Below are positions 11,120-20,676 of a DNA stretch of 64,000 bases, in pieces (position 1 is the stretch's first letter; each line of letters opens with the position of its first letter). The position numbers were made by a program, and so were the translations under genes. Under the pieces are notes generated by a model. That model did not search any database, was not told where the DNA came from, and was given only the letters and a program-made list of their open reading frames with translations. Origin of the DNA: Cyanidioschyzon merolae (Eukaryota); the NCBI GenBank assembly GCA_000091205.1, contig AP006492.2; one strand, 5' to 3'.

Positions 11120-12691
11120 TTAGACGCCACTCAGGAGCCAGCCATCCAGATCTAGAATTTCCTTATCTTTGGGAATATCGCCTTTCTCGGCCGCGGGAGA
11201 TAGGTTCCAATCGAATGTTCCGAGGGCACTTGCGACATCGGCAATCTCGGTATGGTTCGCTAGTTCAAGGCCCTCGTTTGGGGCGAACTCCAACGGAGAT
11301 ACAAGTTCAGAGGCATCTGCCGAACATGTGGTGAGTTTCAGAAAGACCTCATCGCAGCAAGGCGTTTCCTGAGCGGCAAAGTTGTGCGCTCTGCCCATGT
11401 CCGTGCATATTTCCTTCGCGATATCTTCCTCGGACATTCTCATAAACGGACACGTCTTTGTCTTCTCTGCTGGGCGCTGTCTGTAGCGGTCCGAGCCAGA
11501 CGCGCTAAGCGTGCGACGACGAGAGGACGCACACCGAGCTCGCAGCTGCTCGCGAACTCGAAGCTTGCCTACGCCATCCTTCAGACTCGTCAGTGATCCG
11601 GAACTCGAGCAGCGGCTCAACGGGGAGTGCGCCACGGTCAGCATGCACCTGTTCACAGGTGAATACGAGCTCGGAAGCATTTCGCCAATTTTTGTCTCCA
11701 GCGATGAGGAAACCTGAACGCTAGAGTACGTCTCCGGGAACTGGGGCGCCTCACTACACGATAGCTGACGACTCGGGTCTAAACAGAGGCTATGGATGGT
11801 CTGGGAGGAGCTCTGCGTGGTGTTCGCGTACTCCTCATTCGTCTTGCAGAAGCATGTCTTACCGTTGCCGACTGGAATAGGTTCACTGTTCCGCTGGATA
11901 CGTTTTCTCGGTCCGGACACAATTTCATGCAGCTCTGTCGCAGTCGAAGCAGAGAGACGCTCAAGCGAGAGTGAACGTGGAACCTGTGATGCATGGTCTC
12001 CGCTGGTGCGGGGAAGATTCAAGCGCGCTGCAGTCTCCGCATTCCACGGGCGTCCAGCGGCCAAGGTCGCAGACCGTTCGGCTCGCCAGCGGCGATGCAT
12101 AGAACTGTTCCACCTATTCTTGATCGCATTATCCGTGCGACCGGGAAGATATTTGCTCATTTTCGCCCAGCAATTCCCAAAACGCGCATGCAGCAGCACA
12201 AGAGCCTCGTCCTCCTCGAACGTCCATGCACCTCGACGCACGGACGGATCCAACTGGTTGAGCCAACGCTCCCTGCACTGCTTGCCGCTACGCCCAGGCA
12301 TACACGCGGCAACAGCAGTCCAAGCCTGAATGCCGAACTGTGCAACCAAACTCAGAAGAAGTGCATCCTCAGCCGGTGTCCAAGGCCCTTTCACGTGCGC
12401 GACACTCGGAGACTGACTCTTTCCCGCTACAAGGTCCAGGTTGTCGGACAGCAACCAGCTGCCCCCTTTCAACGAACTATATGAGACGCTTGAGGAGGAA
12501 GCTTCAGGAGCTGGCGTAAGACAAACCTCTGGCGACGGTGCTAGTGGAGACTCCGACAGCTTCGCCGACTCGTTACTCGGTGTGCTCGGCGTCGCAAGAC
12601 CCGCCGATTCAAACGCTTTTGACGGCAACTCCAGAAGCAAATAGCGAAAAGTTGTCTCCTCGTCAAGTGTGAAAGGCTCCACGTCGTCCAT
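11120..12691 (-). CDS. R2R3-MYB DNA-binding protein
   Basis: Two tandem Myb repeats: KGPWTPAEDALLLSLVAQFGIQAWTAVAACMPGRSGKQCRERWLNQLDP and RGAWTFEEDEALVLLHARFGNCWAKMSKYLPGRTDNAIKNRWNSSM. The track start at 12730 is GTG, so I used the first ATG at 12691. Confidence 0.75.
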   Translation of the reverse strand: MDDVEPFTLDEETTFRYLLLELPSKAFESAGLATPSTPSNESAKLSESPLAPSPEVCLTPAPEASSSSVSYSSLKGGSWLLSDNLDLVAGKSQSPSVAHVKGPWTPAEDALLLSLVAQFGIQAWTAVAACMPGRSGKQCRERWLNQLDPSVRRGAWTFEEDEALVLLHARFGNCWAKMSKYLPGRTDNAIKNRWNSSMHRRWRAERSATLAAGRPWNAETAARLNLPRTSGDHASQVPRSLSLERLSASTATELHEIVSGPRKRIQRNSEPIPVGNGKTCFCKTNEEYANTTQSSSQTIHSLCLDPSRQLSCSEAPQFPETYSSVQVSSSLETKIGEMLPSSYSPVNRCMLTVAHSPLSRCSSSGSLTSLKDGVGKLRVREQLRARCASSRRRTLSASGSDRYRQRPAEKTKTCPFMRMSEEDIAKEICTDMGRAHNFAAQETPCCDEVFLKLTTCSADASELVSPLEFAPNEGLELANHTEIADVASALGTFDWNLSPAAEKGDIPKDKEILDLDGWLLSGV

Positions 12692-14742
12692 TATGGTTCG
12701 TCGGCAAGAGTACGCACCACACACCGGCACAGAAAACTTGCTCCTTCGTTAACCAGAGTACTGGCAGCGCGTTACAAGCCGTCGACCAGCAACAGCGCGC
12801 TGCATATGTGTTTGCGCCGTCGCGCCGGCGGCGGGTTCATTCGCGCATCGTCCAATATTGAAATCTGGACATTATTGTCCCAAAAGGCTCTCTTGACATC
12901 GCACGAAGTTGTCACGTGACATGTTTTGGCGATGCACGAAGGCATCGCGCGGCGATGAGATTCTTGAAACGCTGATCCGCTGCTTTTTGCAGTGCCGGCG
13001 CTGGAAACAAGCGCGCAGCTGCCTAGAATGCGAAAAGTAACGGGCCTCTCCGAAGGAACTTATTGTTGAGGAATTTGCGAGTTGGCGGAACAATGGATGC
13101 TTCACCAGGCGCTGAGAACCAGTGCGAAATTGGGGATCGCGGGTCAGTGCAGACGTTCTGCTCTCCCAAAAAATAGAGCGGCGATGCGTCCGCACCGACG
13201 CTCATTCGCGCCACCTTCCGCTGCAGAGCACACAGGAAACGCAGAAACACCGAGCTCGACCAGTCCCAGAGGCTGCCATAAACATCGGAAACACAGGTAA
13301 TATTCTGGCGATTGCAGTTTTACTTCATGGGATGCTGGGCTCGGGGAAGGATCTCGGAATGGCTACTTTCGAGGCTACAGCAGCAGGTTCCGCGCTCCGT
13401 ATTGGTGTTGCGGCATAGCGTTCCACGATATCGGTACCCGGAAAACGTCAAAACTCAGCACTGCGCAAGAAGATTACATGAAGAACCAAGTCGGCTTCGT
13501 TTGCTTCCAGAAAATCAACTGCAGCCTGAGGACATTCTGCTCCCATTCGTTCCTCAAGTGATAGGCTCGTTCCGGAATAAATCGATGGGCATGGCACACG
13601 CTACACTGTGGTGCTGCATGGCACTGCTTCCATGTAGATGGCATCTGCGATCAAGGCGATGCCGGAAGCCGCAGGCAGCAGCACTGGTCAATCGTCGGCA
13701 ACATCGAGATAACCATGGATTCAAACGCATGCTCCTGCTCTGGTGACAAAACAAGGATTTAATACGGCGGTTCCGGCTACGAAGAGGTAGACATTCTGTG
13801 GGACAAGCCCGCGACTTTCATGTCTTGAGTCGATTTCGCGAAAAATTGCGGTTTTCCAACATGCTGCATTATTCAACGGAAGAAAGGCATAGCCGTTCCC
13901 GTCTAGTGAAGAACCAGGACTTCATTCCGGTGACCGCATTCGCTATGCTTCGTCAATCGAGCAGGGCATGCACCCCCAGGAGCCGCCTACGTGGCTACGC
14001 CTCCCCGCTCATGCTCTCTTTTTCAAGGCGATATCATTGGTGACCAGGCGAGCTGGTGCGTCCCCAGTGGCGCGTATCCACGAATACAACGCGCGCTCTC
14101 TACAACAGCGTCTAGCGGCAGCCTCGGTTGTGGTGCTTTCGGAGTCGGCGTGCGGCGTGCACGAGGCACTGTCACCCTTCAACAAGCTCAGTTTAGAGGA
14201 GCCTCACAGGTCTCTTGCGGGACCAAAGTTCAGAGCCGCAGTCTCGCGCACTGGAGGTCGCCTTCTCTCTCTGTGTGTGTATGTGTGTGTGAGCGACGCA
14301 GAGCGGCCTCGCGAAAGGACGCGAGACCCCGCTCTGCGTACATTTACCACAACGATGCGCCTTCCTCGACGAACGTACATAACATAGGGGCATGCTAGAG
14401 TCTCCAGCAGAGTCGTCCTCGCTTTACATTCCAAGGATGTGTACTGCCGTTACATCCATACGTGCGCAGCCGGTGATACCACAGCACGTCATCGTGCACA
14501 GGCAGGCACACGAGCCGCTCTGTCTCGGGTCCGCAGCTGAGGCACTGTCGCCTCAGAGGTCCAACAGACGCGGATACCGTTCCGCGGCCGCAGAGCAGGT
14601 CGAGCGCCCCAGAGGCAGCGCAGCGGCAACTGCTCCGAGACGGAGCGCTCCTGATGATGCCCGCTACAGATCGACTGTTCAATAAATGAATGAATGGAAT
14701 GCCACCTGGTCGAAGATGTTGCCGAACGGTTCACTAATCCTG

Positions 14743-16413
14743 TCACGACGCTACGACAACTGGTACGGCCTCCGATGTGCAAGCGGTGTCAGTGCCTGCC
14801 CCAGTGCCTGCTCCAGTGCTTGCGTCCGCAACACGCCAACGCGCACGAATAACACTGTCCGCTGGGTATATCGTCGGCAAGTAGATGATCTCGTCGCTGT
14901 GCACGGTGCGCACCCGAGTCCAGTCCACAGTGGTCGCCAGCACCGCCAGATAGCACATCAAATGGTTGATCGCATAGTTCCGCCCGACACACATGTGCGG
15001 ACCGCAGCCAAACGTCAGGAAATGCTTCCGGTACTTTTGCTCCTCCTGCCGCGGCGGCAGCATCCGCTCCGGATCGAAGCGTTCAGGTGACGGAAAGCCC
15101 TGCATGCACGCAGTCCAGAGACTCGGCACCACGAGCGCACCTCGCGGCACCTCGTAGCCGTTCGGCAGCTGCACCCGCTTGCTCGCAACCTGCGGAACCA
15201 TCACAGGCGGCGGCCGGAAGCGCAGCACCTCCAGAACGACCGCGCGCGTGTACACCATCTGCTCCAGCAGCTCGTAGGTGATCGGCTCGTCGTGCGGGCG
15301 CAGCCGCTGTTGCTCTTCGCGCACCCGCTGCAGCACGTCGGGTCGCTCGGCCACCAGCACAGTCGTCCATACCAGCGACGCTGTCGACGCATCCTGAGAC
15401 GCAAACAAAAAGTCCAGCATGGCGTCCGCCATCTCGTGGTCCGCGCTGTACTTGGGCGGCGCCCGGTTCTCGCGCTTCGCAGCTGCAACCTCCTCCAGCA
15501 CGGACACCGTCCAAAAGTCCAGCAGGCACTGCGGCTCCGCCTCGGCGTCCTTCCGGAAACGCTCCTTCGACGCCCGTACACACGCAGTCAGGTCCCGTAG
15601 TACACGCTCCCGCGCCCGTATCGCACGCCACAGGCCCGTCCCAGGCAGCGCTAACGGGAACGAAAGAAAACCCTGCGTGATCAGCAGATAGTCCGCACAG
15701 AAGCGCTCCCGATCGCGCAGGTAAGGACCCACAAACACCGTCTGCGACGTCCGCAGATTCAGGTCGCGGATGCGCGGGCGCACCTCAAATGCGGCCGTGG
15801 TGCCGTCCGTGCCGCGCCCCGACAGCCACGCCGCCAGGTGCTCGCGAATCAGGCGCTCCTGGATGCTCACGTACACGCCTAGCGCCTTGGGCGTGAACAG
15901 CCGCAGAAAAGACTGCCGCAGGAGCTTGTGCTCCTCGCCGCTCTTGAAGGCAATATTGTTCCGCCCGAGGATCCGCCAGCCGTTCGGGTGCAGTATCATC
16001 TCAAACGCGTGCGGGCCGTTCTCGCTGAGCACGTACCGGCTGAGGTCCGTGTCCGTCACGAAAAGCACGAAGAAGCCCGCCAGCGCATTCCAGCTCAGGC
16101 CGCACGGGTTTAAGCGCCGCTGCCGCTCCCAGAACCCGTACGGCGACAGCACCATTTCCACGATGCTCCCGATGAGCGGAATCACAAACCGCGGGCCTGG
16201 GATTCGCCCGTAGCCCGCCCAGCGCCGCAGTCGCACCTGTCTGCGATCGCGAGGCCGAGCACCAGCAGCGCAACGTACGCCAGCGCACGGCTGGCGGTAC
16301 CCCAGCCGGCGATCCCAGCGCAGCGTCGCGCGGCGCAGGCAGTGCCGCGCCACCGATCCACCCACTCGGCTGCTGCCAGAGGCGTCGAGCGCGTAGCGAG
16401 GCCGTCTAATCAT
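14743..16413 (-). CDS. Cytochrome P450 monooxygenase
   Basis: Heme-binding signature FLTFGCGPHMCVGRNYA, proline-rich hinge RIPGPRFVIPLIGS, and an ExxR-like ETLRFRPP-type region (VVLEVLRFRPP). ATG at 16413 confirmed. Confidence 0.8.
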   Translation of the reverse strand: MIRRPRYALDASGSSRVGGSVARHCLRRATLRWDRRLGYRQPCAGVRCAAGARPRDRRQVRLRRWAGYGRIPGPRFVIPLIGSIVEMVLSPYGFWERQRRLNPCGLSWNALAGFFVLFVTDTDLSRYVLSENGPHAFEMILHPNGWRILGRNNIAFKSGEEHKLLRQSFLRLFTPKALGVYVSIQERLIREHLAAWLSGRGTDGTTAAFEVRPRIRDLNLRTSQTVFVGPYLRDRERFCADYLLITQGFLSFPLALPGTGLWRAIRARERVLRDLTACVRASKERFRKDAEAEPQCLLDFWTVSVLEEVAAAKRENRAPPKYSADHEMADAMLDFLFASQDASTASLVWTTVLVAERPDVLQRVREEQQRLRPHDEPITYELLEQMVYTRAVVLEVLRFRPPPVMVPQVASKRVQLPNGYEVPRGALVVPSLWTACMQGFPSPERFDPERMLPPRQEEQKYRKHFLTFGCGPHMCVGRNYAINHLMCYLAVLATTVDWTRVRTVHSDEIIYLPTIYPADSVIRARWRVADASTGAGTGAGTDTACTSEAVPVVVAS

Positions 16414-16899
16414 TGCTGTCGCAGCTGCGCTCGATGCTCAAGCACGCGCACGCGCCAGCGAGTACGGCCGCGATCGCGAACGCGAACGCGTGTCTCTACG
16501 ACTAGGAGGCGCGCGCCCGTGTGCTTCAGCAGCGTACGCGCCTTTGGACAGCAGCAAACGCTGACCGGTCCGCTCAAGCGCTGCGCGTTTCGCCAAAACG
16601 TATACACAAACGGCACGCACTTGGTTCACGAGCAAAGCGCTCTGCTCGGTGCCGCTCCAAAATAGTCTCCAGCAACCTCTCGGGGGCGTCTGCGCCCCAG
16701 CACGGCACGCGCAGCTCAGCAACGCCTCGCTCGACGGGGTCTCGCTCAGCCTACCGAGTTCAAGCACGGCTTAGACTAGCCTTGCCCTTGCTGTGATTCA
16801 GTCCTTGCTTTCCCTCGCCGCACTAGACTCAGACTCGTGCGGCACAGCTGCGCACCGACACGCCGGGTCAAGCGCGCTCGATCGTGTCAGAGCCCGAGG

Positions 16900-17137
16900 C
16901 AAGCGTTCACACGTGTACACACACACAGACACAAACACACTGATGCAGACAATAAAAACAGTGATATCGACAGGACCAAACCAGAGATGCACACACACAC
17001 TTCGACCCTGTTTGGAATACACACAAGACGGGTGTTCCCCGAAATACTGCTACACTTGATTGTGTTGAAACGCGCCTTCACCGAATAATGAAATGCGCGG
17101 CATCGAGCAGCACGCATCGACGACGCGACAGCCGCAA

Positions 17138-17182
<45 letters not shown>

Positions 17183-17445
17183 ATCCATAGACCGCTCGCC
17201 TTCAGACGTAGGGCAGCGAGGCACCCGGTCGATGCGGATGCGTCACGCGGGGCAATGCGCGCCACCACGCATCGATTGCGCTGCCGCTGAGGCCTGTTGA
17301 TGATGGTGATGATGGTGATGATGGTGATGCTTGGGAGCGAGGCGGGGAGTCGCTGTGCTGCGTCGCCGACGCTGCTGGCTACACGATCGCGGGAGGGGAG
17401 GGTTTTGTGTTGATGCTTCTCTCTCTCTGTGTGTGTGTGTATGCA
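16900..17445. repeat. Cluster of microsatellites: (CA/AC)n, (GCGT)11 at 17138-17182, (GATGGT)n at 17296-17330, (CT)n(GT)n at 17419-17442
   Basis: Direct reading of the sequence. Confidence 0.85.
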
Positions 17446-19122
17446 TCTAACATCGTGCAGCGTCCCGTAATGGCACCAGATGGTGCAGTCGACGGGGTAC
17501 GCTGATTTCCCGCAGGCGATGCCCGACATTACGTAGTAGGTATTGGACCAATGTGCACGCGCACCGCTGCAGCGGGTGCTGTATCCTACTGCAGTATAGC
17601 TCATCCTTGAATTGCCACATTGGTTGATCATCGCTGAAGAACACTTTTAGCGACCAATAGTGTCTATCCAGCGCTGCTTCAGTGCCGTAACTGGTCATTC
17701 CGCACACGCGTCCAGTGCTTTTGCGGCCGACAGTCACTGTAGGCGCCGTATCTGCATACGCTTGCTCTCATGTTTTAAAGCCGCATGCCGCCCAGAATTA
17801 GATGCCCTTTCGTGCTGTTGCCGAGTTGTGCGGGCGTCTTGCGTGTAGACCAGCCCACCGAATCATCATGCCACTGTCGTCCTAGTGAATGCACCATCAT
17901 CGAAACCCGAATGGATCACGCATTGGACACTGCGAGCGTTTCCGAAGTATCTCGTGAAGATCAACAACGCAGGCGAACGCGAAGGTTGCGCTTTCCCGGT
18001 GGCGGGGCAACCTCCAGGGTGACGAAGCACTTTACCCCGTGACAAATTGAAAAGCTTGTGCATACGATGGTACCTTCTGTCCAGCTGATGCCTGCAGAGC
18101 AACTGCTGTAATGTTATAGTTCGCGCTCATGGTCCTGATGGCGGAATAAGAGACCATAGGTATCCTTTTTACCCGTGATCTAGGGGTACACTCACAAGCA
18201 ACGCATGATATCACGACGGGAGCGTGCTTGACACACACCATACTCATCGGTGATTCTTCTGCGCTAACGGTCGCTCTCATCGAGCCGGGCCTGCGTTGGC
18301 ATGCATTCGCCATCTTCATCGACCGAAATCGCATTCACGCGTATTGCAGGATTCTCCTCTTTGTCCCGCAACAATAGGATGTAAGTTTCTTTGCATTCAG
18401 GTCCGTCCAGTGTATCCGACAACCATACCCGGTCGTGAACAACACAACGCCTGTCTGATTTCTTTGGAAACAGTTTTCAGGCAGGATTTGTACCATGCTG
18501 CGAAAGCAAATCAGACCGAGGGAGCGCATGCGAAAGCGTCCCAGCCAGCGTGCATTCCAAATGAGGTATCTTCATGAGATCGGCGTCCGAGTCCCGTCGA
18601 CATGGAAATGCACAGATTTGTCTAGTGGTGTGCCAGGATGATTTTACGGTTTCCGGCGGCACGCTGCCTTCCGGAGCGGCAGCTCTGCAGCGTATAGCGC
18701 AGAGATTTCTGCAAACCACTCAAGTCCTTGCATGGAGCGCAGGCTTACGCCCAATAAATGTTCCTTGACATTGGGAGGCACTTTCATCGTCTGGTTCCAC
18801 AACTGCGGTCGCTAGGTAACCTCGATTGAATGCATCTATCCGACTGGGGTGCTCTACAGGCCCCACGCTTGCTGCTCGAGAACACGAGCTTTCCGAGACA
18901 TCGATCATGAATACGAGTAACGTTAGAAAGGCTGCCAAGACCTTCTTTTCGCGCGCTCGAGTGTCGAAAAGAAACCAAGTCGTTCAGTCGTGTGACTGCC
19001 ACCAGGCACTACACGCGGGACCCCCTCGGACCTGGCTTCGGCACTGTGCTCTGCTGCGCGTGAACGTACGAGCTTATGTTTCTAGACGAACGACGACCTG
19101 TAGCCGATTACCAACGCAGTAC

Positions 19123-19665
19123 TCAGGGAGCTTCCATACCTCTAACCGGAGGTTCCGCGCGCGGGGGGCGATACACGTCCCTGCCGCCCGCTCCCGGCGC
19201 GTTACCGCCGCCCCTGCCGAAGCTCCGAAAACCACCAGGCCCGCCACGACTCCGGTACTCTGACTGGAAGGTACCAGGGCCCCGGCGTTCACCAAAACCA
19301 CGTTCTCCGGGGGCCCCAGGACGGCGGTACCCGCCAGCGCGGTCACCGCGGAAACCTCCGATCACGCGCGGCGGTTCGGCTTTGGCTTGCAGAGTTTTCG
19401 GCACAACGTCTGACGGTACGTTCAGCCATTTTCGTAGGTATTCAATACCCTCGTCCGTTAGGAAGAAATAGTAGTGCTGCCAGCTGAACTGCTCCCGAAC
19501 GAAGCCGCGAGAACGCAGGGACTGGCACGTTTTGATCACCTCGATGTTCTTGATGTGCTTTAGCTCCATATGCTCTGGAGAAGCAAAGTCCTTCCTCGCG
19601 ACTAGAACGCCATCACTGAACAAGCGAGCGTAAATGTCGCGTCGATTGGGAGTCGAAACCAACAT
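19123..19665 (-). CDS. RPS10: 40S ribosomal protein S10 (eS10)
   Basis: N-terminus MLVSTPNRRDIYARLFSDGVLVARKDFASPEHMELKHIKNIEV, FVREQFSWQHYYFFLTDEGIEYLR, and an RGG-rich C-terminal tail. ATG and the TGA stop were checked. Confidence 0.85.
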   Translation of the reverse strand: MLVSTPNRRDIYARLFSDGVLVARKDFASPEHMELKHIKNIEVIKTCQSLRSRGFVREQFSWQHYYFFLTDEGIEYLRKWLNVPSDVVPKTLQAKAEPPRVIGGFRGDRAGGYRRPGAPGERGFGERRGPGTFQSEYRSRGGPGGFRSFGRGGGNAPGAGGRDVYRPPRAEPPVRGMEAP

Positions 19666-20329
19666 GAGCCTACGCGTTACAAGAATACGTGCGTGCAGCT
19701 GCAGCTGGTCGGGTTGTTGGATAGGTGTGCGGCGACAGCGCGGGGCACCTTGGAAACCAAACTAGACATCTTTGTTCTAATGGGACACGACCATCCCTGG
19801 CCTGGAAACGAGTGCGCTTGCGTGACGTGCTGGCAACAATGCACCGGCGGGTCCGTTCTGCGCGATAGAGGCGGACAGAGCCATGTACCGTCGATGTTTC
19901 ATCTGCGAACGCTGGGCCCTGAAGCCGCACAGCATGTCTCGACCGCTGTACCTTCAGGGACCACTGATTACCACTCAAACTTCATCTCGATTTTGCGTGC
20001 GCTGCCGCCTCGGCGCTATGCCAGCACCGCATCGAAACGAAACTGGGCAAAATCGATTATTTGTCCAAGCAGAAAGCCAGTATGACCGGCGGCTTGGTGA
20101 ATACCACGCACACAGCCGCTGTTCAGCGAGCACCTCGGCGCACCACCACCCACGAAGAGCGGCTCTATCCAACGCCCATGTCAGCGGCATTTGAGAATTC
20201 TCTATCGCGTTGCATACGTCGCATCTGGGAAATTTCATCAACCATGCACGGTCAACATCGTCTAGGAAATATAGGCTCGCGAGATAGAGAGACGCTCTGC
20301 ATGTGCGATAATCCCCTGTAAACCTCGAT

Positions 20330-20375
20330 CTGTGCACGCACGGACGCACGCACGGACGCACGCACGGACGCACGC
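20330..20375. repeat. 12-mer tandem repeat (GCACGCACGGAC) x3-4
   Basis: gcacgcacggacgcacgcacggacgcacgcacggacgcacgca. Confidence 0.7.
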
Positions 20376-20676
20376 ATCATGCACCGCGGTGATCGCCACG
20401 TAGCGTCATTGCAGCCGTCGCCGCCGCCGCCGCCTGCCGGCAATCAGTTGGTCGACGGCGCCCACATCGCGAGCGGCGCCGCCGCGTGCGGTGTCCGCCT
20501 GCTGCGACGCATCACGCGACGCGCCAAGGCTCCCCGCTCCATCGTCATCATCATCATCATCATCGCCGCCGTCGTCATAACTAGGCACACCCGCCGGCTT
20601 CTGTTGTCGATTATTACAGAGCGCAGTACAGGGCTGTAGTAAAAAAAAGAGAAAAAAATAAAATAACGTTAAAGAA

